Part shown: piece by piece, positions 11,543 through 19,472 of the stretch | Numbering within the stretch: the first letter of the stretch is position 1 | Layout: every line of letters begins with the position of its first letter | Assembly (NCBI GenBank): GCA_046536775.1 | Contig: JAWDMD010000001.1 | Location: forward strand, 60,001 to 92,000 | DNA length: 32,000 nucleotides | Reading direction: 5' to 3' | Source of the DNA: Candidatus Nanopusillus sp. | Lineage (GTDB): Archaea; Nanobdellota; Nanobdellia; Nanobdellales; Nanobdellaceae | Made by a program: the position numbers and the translations under genes | Notes under the pieces: model-generated | Databases searched by the model: none | What the model was told of the DNA's origin: nothing | Seen by the model: only the letters and a program-made list of their open reading frames with translations

Positions 11543-12396
11543 TTTCAATTACTCATTGGGATATAGACGGAATAGCATGTCTATCAATATTATATAAGAA
11601 ATTTGGTGATAAATTTAAGGTCTATTTTTCAAGTCCAAGATTAATAAATAATACATTAATAAAGGTAATAGAAAATAATGATAAAGAAGAGGAATTATAT
11701 ATTACAGATATTGCAATTGATCAGGAAGCTATATATCTATCTTCATATTTTAAAAAAGTTTATTGGATAGATCACCATGAAAAAAATTTTAATGAACTTA
11801 CATCAAAGGTAAATATTTATATAAAAAACTATAAATCTGCTGCAAGAGTTTTATCTGAATACTTAAATGTGGAATTTAAATATTTAGATATTGTTGATGA
11901 CATAGATTCTGGAGAAATAAAAAATGATATAGAAAGGGATTTTGTAGACTACATAGTATCAATAAGACATTTTTATCCAAAATCATATGATCTATATTTT
12001 ATATCAATAGCAAAAAATCTATTAAATAAAGATATTAAAGATATAATTAATTATGATATTATAAAAAGATTTAGAAAAGAATTAAATGAAATATATAGAA
12101 ATTTGGATAAAAATATAACAATAATAAACAAAAAATATAAGATTTATATAATAAAATTGGATAAAAATATACCATCAAACTATATTTTAGAATATATAAA
12201 AGAAAAAATAAGGGATAATCCAGATTTTGTAATAACCTTATATGAAAAATCTAAGAGGGGGGAAATAAGGACATTAAATAATAAAGAAGTAAACGAAATG
12301 GCAAAATTACTTAATGGTGGCGGTCACAAATATGCTGCAGGATTTACTTTTAATAATGAAAGGGAAATTTATGAAAAAATATTAAATAATGTTTAA
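11539..12396 (+). CDS. DHH/DHHA1 family phosphoesterase (RecJ/HAN-like nuclease candidate)
   Basis: Motifs are HWDIDG (DxD), LYITDIA, WIDHH (DHH), DDIDSG and DHHA1 GGGHKYAAGF. The start overlaps the hef stop as ATGA. Confidence 0.8.
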   Translation: MISITHWDIDGIACLSILYKKFGDKFKVYFSSPRLINNTLIKVIENNDKEEELYITDIAIDQEAIYLSSYFKKVYWIDHHEKNFNELTSKVNIYIKNYKSAARVLSEYLNVEFKYLDIVDDIDSGEIKNDIERDFVDYIVSIRHFYPKSYDLYFISIAKNLLNKDIKDIINYDIIKRFRKELNEIYRNLDKNITIINKKYKIYIIKLDKNIPSNYILEYIKEKIRDNPDFVITLYEKSKRGEIRTLNNKEVNEMAKLLNGGGHKYAAGFTFNNEREIYEKILNNV

Positions 12397-12420
12397 ATTC
12401 CTTATTATTAATTAGTATTT

Positions 12421-13665
12421 ATGGTTACAGCAATTTTAGCTACAAATATAACATACGCAGATTATTTAGTGGCAAATGTAGTAGGACACATATATAAATT
12501 GCCAGTATATACAGTATATCAAAATCCAATAGATATAAATAATACAGTACAAATGCTAGTAAATGATAATGTAACAAATGTAATAGTAATAGGAGGACCT
12601 GCAGTAATATCAAATTTATTATTACAAGATCTAAATCAATCAAATATAAGTTATTTATGGATATGGGGAACAACAAGATATGATACATCAGCATATGTAG
12701 CATTATATTTCTGGAATAGTTCTAGTGGTGCAGTATTAATTACAAGAGATTTAGTTAATAGTAATGTAAGTCCAGATAAATTACAATTAGTCACTGAAGC
12801 TGTTCAATATGCTGAAGAAAATAATGAACCAATATTAATTGTACCAAACGGTGTATTACCTGAAAATACAATATATGCATTGGAAAAATTAAATACAACC
12901 AATGTGGTTATATTTACTGGAGCAAGTCCTTCTTTGGGAAATATAACAAATCAATTAAGTTCATTAAATATATCTTATGAAATATATAGTAATAGCCAAC
13001 CTCCAGTAAATTGTCAAAATTATTTATATGTAAATATAACATCAAATACATCTTGGGAGGATATTAGAGAAATATTTGCTGGAGAGATTAATGGCGTTTG
13101 TATAGTACCAATGGTTGTAAATAATAGTGTAAATATAACACAAGAAAAAGAAGAATTAAAACAAGAAATTGAAAATGATTATGAAATGAATAGAAATGGT
13201 GTATTAAATTTAACTGAAATTGTAGAAAAACATATTAATAGATTGTTGGAACACCAGCTTTTATTATTAGATAAATTTGAACTACTATGCAATTATACAA
13301 ACGATCAGTTGCCAATATGTAGTATATTACCACAGTTAAATCAAACATTGACATTAACAATGCAAGAAGTTATGAATGGGAATATATCTGAATTATTAGA
13401 TACTCAATATCTATTAGAAAACGATAACTGGGAAGTAATAAAAAATATGGGAGAACATAATGAGGAAGAGATTATTAAAGATAATATAGAACACTTCAAA
13501 AAAGAAATAGAACAAGAATTAGATAATGAAATAGAAAATGAGCAAATTTCAATAGAAAATAATAATGGAACAATTAATATAAATGGGCAAGGTTCTGTAA
13601 CAATTAATAATGAATCAATTACAATAAATGGAAATGGCTCAATATATACACGACCTATTGAATAA
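12421..13665 (+). CDS. Putative surface glycoprotein with CWB2-like (cell wall binding repeat 2) modules and a coiled-coil/acidic C-terminal half
   Basis: Two repeat-like modules fit the CWB2 pattern: ADYLVANVV...LPVY...VIVIGGPAVIS and GTTRYDTSAYVA...EPILIV...VVIFTG. I count about 21 N-x-S/T sequons by hand. No N-terminal signal peptide is visible, and an in-frame stop lies 9 nt upstream of the ATG. Confidence 0.55.
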   Translation: MVTAILATNITYADYLVANVVGHIYKLPVYTVYQNPIDINNTVQMLVNDNVTNVIVIGGPAVISNLLLQDLNQSNISYLWIWGTTRYDTSAYVALYFWNSSSGAVLITRDLVNSNVSPDKLQLVTEAVQYAEENNEPILIVPNGVLPENTIYALEKLNTTNVVIFTGASPSLGNITNQLSSLNISYEIYSNSQPPVNCQNYLYVNITSNTSWEDIREIFAGEINGVCIVPMVVNNSVNITQEKEELKQEIENDYEMNRNGVLNLTEIVEKHINRLLEHQLLLLDKFELLCNYTNDQLPICSILPQLNQTLTLTMQEVMNGNISELLDTQYLLENDNWEVIKNMGEHNEEEIIKDNIEHFKKEIEQELDNEIENEQISIENNNGTININGQGSVTINNESITINGNGSIYTRPIE

Positions 13666-13717
13666 TTATTTTTTATTGTAAAATTATTTAAAATATCAAA
13701 AATTTTTATAGATTATT

Positions 13718-15079
13718 ATGATAGAATGGTCTGAAATAAAAAATTATTACATGAACGAATATGTTACAAAAGAGATTATTGATTATTCAAAAAATAGATG
13801 GATTGCTTTAGAAACAAACAGATTAGATCAAAGAATATTTATAAGATATGATAAAGATAAAAAGCCATTAAAAATTGAAAATGAAGATGAATATAAATCT
13901 TTATTTACAAAATTTTCTTATCTAAAATTTAGAACAATTTATGCAACAATAAATTTGTATAATCAAATTTCTGAAGACAAATTAAAAGATATAAAGAATA
14001 TAAAATATGTAACACCGATTTTTGATATTGATGGAACATTGGAAGATTTTGATATAATAAAAAATGTTGCAGAAATAATTGTTTCATATCTGGAAAAATA
14101 TAAAATATATAAATCTGTATATTTAAAATGGAGTGGAAGAGGAATACATGTACATATTAATGAAAAAGCATTTTCGGAAAATATATTAAATAAATATCAT
14201 CCATTAAATATTGCATTTGCAATTGTGGATTTTATATTAAAGAAAGCAAAGGATGATTTAGAAAAAGAGATATCAAAAGCAAGGGAAAAATCTAGAGAAT
14301 TCAAAGTTGAAAATAAGATAGATATACAAAGGGTATTTACAGTACCATTATCATTCCATAGATTTTTAGATTATGTATGTGTAATATTTAAACCAAACGA
14401 CATTCAAAATTTTGATTTATCATGGGCAAATTATAAGAATTTTAAACATAGTGAAAAATGGAGAGAATATGAACCTGGAGAAGGGGATTATTTAGCAGAA
14501 ATATCTATAAAAGAAACAAAAAACTATATTGTAAATTATTCAAATAAGGATACATTGAAACAGGAGAAAGTATCGATAAAAAGAGAAAATCCTGGAAATG
14601 TTGGTAGATTTCAGGTTATGGGATTATTACAAGCAGCAAGATATTACCTATTATATAATGATATAAATAAAGCAAAGAGTTTTGGGCTAAATAGAGCAAT
14701 ATTTTATGCCTGGGCAAAATATTATAGACCAATATATAAAAGAAATAAAGAAGAAACATTTCATCCATATTTTAAGGAAAAAGAAGATAAAGAAATAGAA
14801 TTAATAAAAGTTGGAGATGAAGAGGCACCATATAATAAAAATACAGGATATTTTCATATAGGAGATAAAGATCAAACACCAGAAGATTATGATAAAGAGA
14901 TAAAAGATAAAATAAATAGTATGGTTGATTATAATATTGCATGGAACTTTGCAATAGAATATATAAAGAAGTTTCCAAAGGAGGTTCTTTTAGATCAACA
15001 AGAATTTTATAAAAAGATATATGAACCCATCAGAGATAGATTTTTTGAAGAATTATTTAAATCGGTAAAAAAGGAATAA
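13718..15079 (+). CDS. priS: Archaeo-eukaryotic primase, PriS-like catalytic domain fused to a helical C-terminal domain
   Basis: AEP motifs are I PIFDIDG, II WSGRGIHVHI and III IDIQRVFTVPLSFH. The C-terminal roughly 170 aa look helical (RFQVMGLLQAARYYLL...AIFYAWAKYY). The whole protein has one Cys. Confidence 0.75.
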   Translation: MIEWSEIKNYYMNEYVTKEIIDYSKNRWIALETNRLDQRIFIRYDKDKKPLKIENEDEYKSLFTKFSYLKFRTIYATINLYNQISEDKLKDIKNIKYVTPIFDIDGTLEDFDIIKNVAEIIVSYLEKYKIYKSVYLKWSGRGIHVHINEKAFSENILNKYHPLNIAFAIVDFILKKAKDDLEKEISKAREKSREFKVENKIDIQRVFTVPLSFHRFLDYVCVIFKPNDIQNFDLSWANYKNFKHSEKWREYEPGEGDYLAEISIKETKNYIVNYSNKDTLKQEKVSIKRENPGNVGRFQVMGLLQAARYYLLYNDINKAKSFGLNRAIFYAWAKYYRPIYKRNKEETFHPYFKEKEDKEIELIKVGDEEAPYNKNTGYFHIGDKDQTPEDYDKEIKDKINSMVDYNIAWNFAIEYIKKFPKEVLLDQQEFYKKIYEPIRDRFFEELFKSVKKE

Positions 15080-15148
15080 TGTTTTTGTATTTTTCTAGTA
15101 ACTATGGTATATGAAATATTTATAAACTTTTCTTAAATATTCTATAGT

Positions 15149-15514
15149 ATGGACCCTGAAACACTATTGATAATAATTGATTCACTCTTAACTGGTTTAA
15201 TTATAGGATCTTTATCTTATAAAGCTGCAAACAGAAAATCAATATTAATTTCAGAATTTATGCTATTAATGTTGTTTGGATTATTAATATTACCATCATT
15301 ATTAAATTTAATATTATTATTTATTTTCCTTATGATATTATTAATTGGAATGACTTTATATTCTATATTTGAATTACCGGCATCTGCTGTTATTATATTT
15401 ATAATTTCAGCGATTCTAGTATTTGCAATATTATACTCTATGATTAATTACCCAGCCATATATGCAAGTTCTAATTATTTATTGCCTACGATAATTCAAA
15501 GTCCTTTATATTAA
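15149..15514 (+). CDS. Small polytopic membrane protein (about 4 TM)
   Basis: 121-codon ORF made almost entirely of hydrophobic helices. It ends 1 nt before the GT2 gene. TTTATAAA lies about 27 nt upstream of the ATG. Confidence 0.55.
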   Translation: MDPETLLIIIDSLLTGLIIGSLSYKAANRKSILISEFMLLMLFGLLILPSLLNLILLFIFLMILLIGMTLYSIFELPASAVIIFIISAILVFAILYSMINYPAIYASSNYLLPTIIQSPLY

Positions 15515-15515
15515 T

Positions 15516-17078
15516 ATGGATCTATTATTTATTTCTTCTTTATTATTATTATTAGATATATTAATAATATCAATATTTGATCTAAGATATCTAATAAATA
15601 TAGATAGAAAAATAAAAATTCCAAAGTATAAAGATTTAGAAAATAAAGAAAATCTATTTGTATTATTTCCAGTAAAAAATGAAGAAGAAGATGTTTTAAT
15701 AAAAAAGATTGAATATTTGAAAAATATAAATAATGTATATAAAAATTTAACTATATATTTTTTATTCCTAGATGATACAGAATTAAATAAAGAAAATAAA
15801 TTAGTAGAATATTTAGAAAAAAATTGCTTAAAAAAATATTATGACGAAAAATATTTAATATATGATTTAGATAAAATAAAATATTATTTTAGATTAAATG
15901 GTATAAAAAGAAAAGGAGCTGCTTTAGATGATGTAATAGATTATTTAGAGAGGAAATATAATATAAAGTATTTCTCAGTATATGATTTTGAATGGACTGT
16001 TACAATTGAATATTTATATAAAGCTGTATGTATTTTAGAATCAAATAAAAATTTATCTTTTGTATATTGGAATAGAAGAACTGTTCCTGTAGATTATTTT
16101 CATAAAATTGTTGGAATTTATGTTGATACATTTTTCGAATTTTATTTACCAATGAAAAATATTCTAGATGATATTTCCATGGCTCATGGTTCTTGTGGGG
16201 TTTTGAGATTAAAAGATTATAAAAAGGCTGGAAAATTTACACCACATTTAACCGAAGATGCTTCATTAACAATTAGATTGTACTTAAATGGTTTTAGAGG
16301 AATATATATAAGAGATTGGGTTGAATATGGACAAAATTTACCTCCAAATTTTAATATGACATTAAAGACAATAAGAAGATGGCAAACAGGAACTTTTGAT
16401 GTAATTATTTCAAATTTCTGGAAAATATTATTTAATAAAAAGTTGAAGTTTAAACAAAAAATAAGTTTTATTCATATGTTTTCATCATTATTTTTACCAT
16501 TAATTTCTTTCATATTAATATTAATTAGTATAACAACTATTCTATTCAATCTATCATCTCCTTTATGGTATTATGTAGCTCCATTCTTTTATTTCTCACA
16601 AATTTACATATTAACAATCTTTATAACAGAATATTATATAGTTGAAAAAAGGATATATAATAGAGCAAGTATTTTAGATTCTTTTTTGACATTATTGATT
16701 GGTTGGGGTATTTCTGCACTAACAACATATTATTATTTAAGAAGATTATTAATTGGTTTGGATAATAGATGGATAGTTACTGTTAAAACAATAAGAAAGT
16801 ATAATTTCGATTATTATTCAATAACAGTATATATAATATTCTTCATCATAAATATATATTTCCTTTACTATGCATATTCGCCATGGTTACCATATATAAG
16901 TTCTCAGAATATTTTACCATTTTTAATAAGTGTAATACTTGGAGATCTTTCTATTTATATTTGGATAATTTCAATATTATTTATATTCTATTTGCAATAT
17001 AGAAGCTATAAAATGAGCAAAAAGAATGTAGAAAACCTGTTATATTTAGGAATATTAAAGAAAAAAGAAAATTTATAA
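15516..17078 (+). CDS. Membrane-integrated family 2 glycosyltransferase, processive (cellulose/chitin/PNAG synthase-like) type
   Basis: An N-terminal TM is followed by GT-A motifs FLFLDD, YDFEW, LTEDASLT (TED) and TIRRWQTG (QxxRW-like). Several TM helices follow at the C-terminus. Confidence 0.78.
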   Translation: MDLLFISSLLLLLDILIISIFDLRYLINIDRKIKIPKYKDLENKENLFVLFPVKNEEEDVLIKKIEYLKNINNVYKNLTIYFLFLDDTELNKENKLVEYLEKNCLKKYYDEKYLIYDLDKIKYYFRLNGIKRKGAALDDVIDYLERKYNIKYFSVYDFEWTVTIEYLYKAVCILESNKNLSFVYWNRRTVPVDYFHKIVGIYVDTFFEFYLPMKNILDDISMAHGSCGVLRLKDYKKAGKFTPHLTEDASLTIRLYLNGFRGIYIRDWVEYGQNLPPNFNMTLKTIRRWQTGTFDVIISNFWKILFNKKLKFKQKISFIHMFSSLFLPLISFILILISITTILFNLSSPLWYYVAPFFYFSQIYILTIFITEYYIVEKRIYNRASILDSFLTLLIGWGISALTTYYYLRRLLIGLDNRWIVTVKTIRKYNFDYYSITVYIIFFIINIYFLYYAYSPWLPYISSQNILPFLISVILGDLSIYIWIISILFIFYLQYRSYKMSKKNVENLLYLGILKKKENL

Positions 17079-17100
17079 GAAAAAATCAAAAACTATCTAT

Positions 17101-18519
17101 ATGCTAGAAAAGGATATTTTAATTATAAATCCAAAAAGCAATATTTCTATAGCGACATTATGGGCGAAAAAGGATTTTATATTTAATTCATTACCTGAAA
17201 ATGCTAAAAATAAGATAAATATAATTGGTACACTATATACAGTTAATGGAATAAAATATTTAATTCAAACATTGGGAGAAAATCCACAAATAAATAAAAT
17301 AATTCTATATGGACCAGATTTGACACAATCAGGTCAGGCTTTGATAGATATATTTAATAATAAAGATGAAAAAACATTAAAGGAATATAATATAAATTTA
17401 GATTATGATAAAATAAAAGAAATTTTAAATACTACAAGTATAATAGATATGAGAAAAGATTTTTGGAATAAGAATATAAGTAAAGTGGAAGAAATAATCG
17501 ATAGTAATTATAAACCAGATAATATATTTAGAAGAAAAATAAATATTGAAATACATGAAGATATAAAAAAAGATTATGGTTATATTATCCCATTGCCTCC
17601 AGCATTTATATATGAAGAATCTTTATTTAATGCATGGATAAAATTACTAACAGAAATTAAAATGTTTGGAATTTTAAAGAGTTCTGAATATAATGAAAAA
17701 CAACTAGAGAGATTAAATATAATTGTTAGTTTTGGATTATATGGAAGAAAATATGAATTAGAGAAGGAATTTGATGAATTTATTAAATTGGAAGAATTTC
17801 AAAAACATTTAAATGGATACTTTATTGATAAAAAACCAGAAGGTGTTGATTATACATATGGAGAAAGATTTCTAAATTATAATAATCTAAATCAAATATT
17901 ATATATAATAAATAAATTATCAAAAAACCCAGAAACAAGGAGGGCAATTATGACTACATGGAATCCTAATATAGATATATATTCAAATGATCCACCATGT
18001 GTTATATCTATAGAAGGAATAATTCAGGGAAAATATCTAAATCTTACCGAATATATAAGGAGTAATGATATGTTTAGAGGATGGCCATTAAATATGTATG
18101 CATTAATTAGAATTGGAGAATATATTGTTGATGAAATAAATAAACAAACAAATAAAGGATATGAATTGGGAATTGTTACAACAATATCAGCATCTGCACA
18201 TATATACGAACATGATTTTCAATATATGGAAAAGGTATTAGAAAAATACGGGTCGAGGATAAAATCATTTATACCAGATCCAAAAGGTAATTTTATAATA
18301 TATAATGAAGATAATAAAACATTTGTAGAACATAGAAGTTATGATAATACAATTTTAGATTTTAAATATGGATCTGAAAATGTTGATGAGATATATAATA
18401 AACTAAAGGGACTTCCATTTTTTACATTATATGATCATCCAATATATGTTGGAAGAGAAATATATAAAGCAAGCGAATTTAGAGGAAATAACAAAAAATA
18501 TATACAAGATAAGGTATAA
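17101..18519 (+). CDS. thyA: Thymidylate synthase (ThyA-type core) with extra N- and C-terminal domains
   Basis: The core carries ETRRAIMTTWNPNIDIYSNDPPC (catalytic Cys), IRSNDMFRGWPLNMY and SAHIYEHD. It is flanked by about 165 extra N-terminal residues and about 85 extra C-terminal residues. Confidence 0.85.
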   Translation: MLEKDILIINPKSNISIATLWAKKDFIFNSLPENAKNKINIIGTLYTVNGIKYLIQTLGENPQINKIILYGPDLTQSGQALIDIFNNKDEKTLKEYNINLDYDKIKEILNTTSIIDMRKDFWNKNISKVEEIIDSNYKPDNIFRRKINIEIHEDIKKDYGYIIPLPPAFIYEESLFNAWIKLLTEIKMFGILKSSEYNEKQLERLNIIVSFGLYGRKYELEKEFDEFIKLEEFQKHLNGYFIDKKPEGVDYTYGERFLNYNNLNQILYIINKLSKNPETRRAIMTTWNPNIDIYSNDPPCVISIEGIIQGKYLNLTEYIRSNDMFRGWPLNMYALIRIGEYIVDEINKQTNKGYELGIVTTISASAHIYEHDFQYMEKVLEKYGSRIKSFIPDPKGNFIIYNEDNKTFVEHRSYDNTILDFKYGSENVDEIYNKLKGLPFFTLYDHPIYVGREIYKASEFRGNNKKYIQDKV

Positions 18520-18759
18520 TTATCTAATATCTAATTTTTTTATTCTTTTTAGAGCTCCTCTTAATATTAATTCTCTTTCTACACTGTCTAATAATTCTTC
18601 AAATGATAAATATTGATAATAATAAGATAAATTTGAAGGGATAATTTTTGATTTGATATCCTCATAATATCTTAAAAGTGTATTTGTAGATAATGTAGCC
18701 AATTTTGTCCTTATTTCTTTTATTAATCTCTCATTTGTATTTTCAACTTTCTCCTCCAT
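18520..18759 (-). CDS. Hypothetical small helical protein
   Basis: 79-codon ORF with an ATG start that fills the gap between thyA and the rhomboid gene. Its stop abuts the thyA stop. No family recognised. Confidence 0.4.
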   Translation of the reverse strand: MEEKVENTNERLIKEIRTKLATLSTNTLLRYYEDIKSKIIPSNLSYYYQYLSFEELLDSVERELILRGALKRIKKLDIR

Positions 18760-18807
18760 TTTAATAATTATAACTTAATAATTTATATAACTTTATTAGG
18801 CAAAGAA

Positions 18808-19440
18808 TTATAAATAAACCTCTCTTTGATTATCAAAAATATTATCTATTGATGTTTTTCCTTTATATCTTTTTAATATATATCCATATAAAAATCCGAA
18901 TAATGTTCCACCCAGATGCGCAGAAAATCCCAAAGGTATAAATGGATAAAATATCCCAATTAAGTTAAATATAACCCAAAATATTGCTGCATATATCATA
19001 TCTATTGGAATTATTATTGGAAATATTATTACTTTCTCTTTTGGTTTCAATATTCCCAATGCGCCCAATATACCAGATATTGCAGCAGAAGATCCAATTC
19101 CGGCAGTTAAAGGATTACTATAATATTGAAATAAAAAGAATATATTTCCAACAATACCAGATAATAAAAATAATATCAACAGATTTTTGCTTCCATATAA
19201 ATATTCAAAAGATAAACCAAGAAAAAACAATGCCATACCATCGAAAAATAATTGAGTTACACCATAATCCCCAAAAATAGATGTTATAAACATCCATGGA
19301 TATTTTATAGAATAATAAGGATAAAAGGCAATTAGATTTAATATTGATGGATATATCAATTCTACAATATATACTATAAAGAGTATAATTATTAGCCATA
19401 TTGTTATTGGAAACCCAAGCAATTTGTAAACCTTATTCAT
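18808..19440 (-). CDS. Rhomboid family intramembrane serine protease
   Basis: Polytopic protein with GIGSSAAISGILGA (GxSx catalytic Ser) and FSAHLGGTLFGFLYG (catalytic His). Confidence 0.85.
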   Translation of the reverse strand: MNKVYKLLGFPITIWLIIILFIVYIVELIYPSILNLIAFYPYYSIKYPWMFITSIFGDYGVTQLFFDGMALFFLGLSFEYLYGSKNLLILFLLSGIVGNIFFLFQYYSNPLTAGIGSSAAISGILGALGILKPKEKVIIFPIIIPIDMIYAAIFWVIFNLIGIFYPFIPLGFSAHLGGTLFGFLYGYILKRYKGKTSIDNIFDNQREVYL

Positions 19441-19472
19441 ATTAAAAATATATCGTAATATTTTATATATTA

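Noticed and set aside
15512-15518. The 121-aa membrane ORF and the GT2 gene might be one gene broken by a stop, giving a pseudogene or read-through.
   Set aside because: The two ORFs are in different frames, so fusion would need both read-through and a frameshift. The GT2 ORF has its own ATG and N-terminal TM helix. I treat them as two genes, possibly functional partners.
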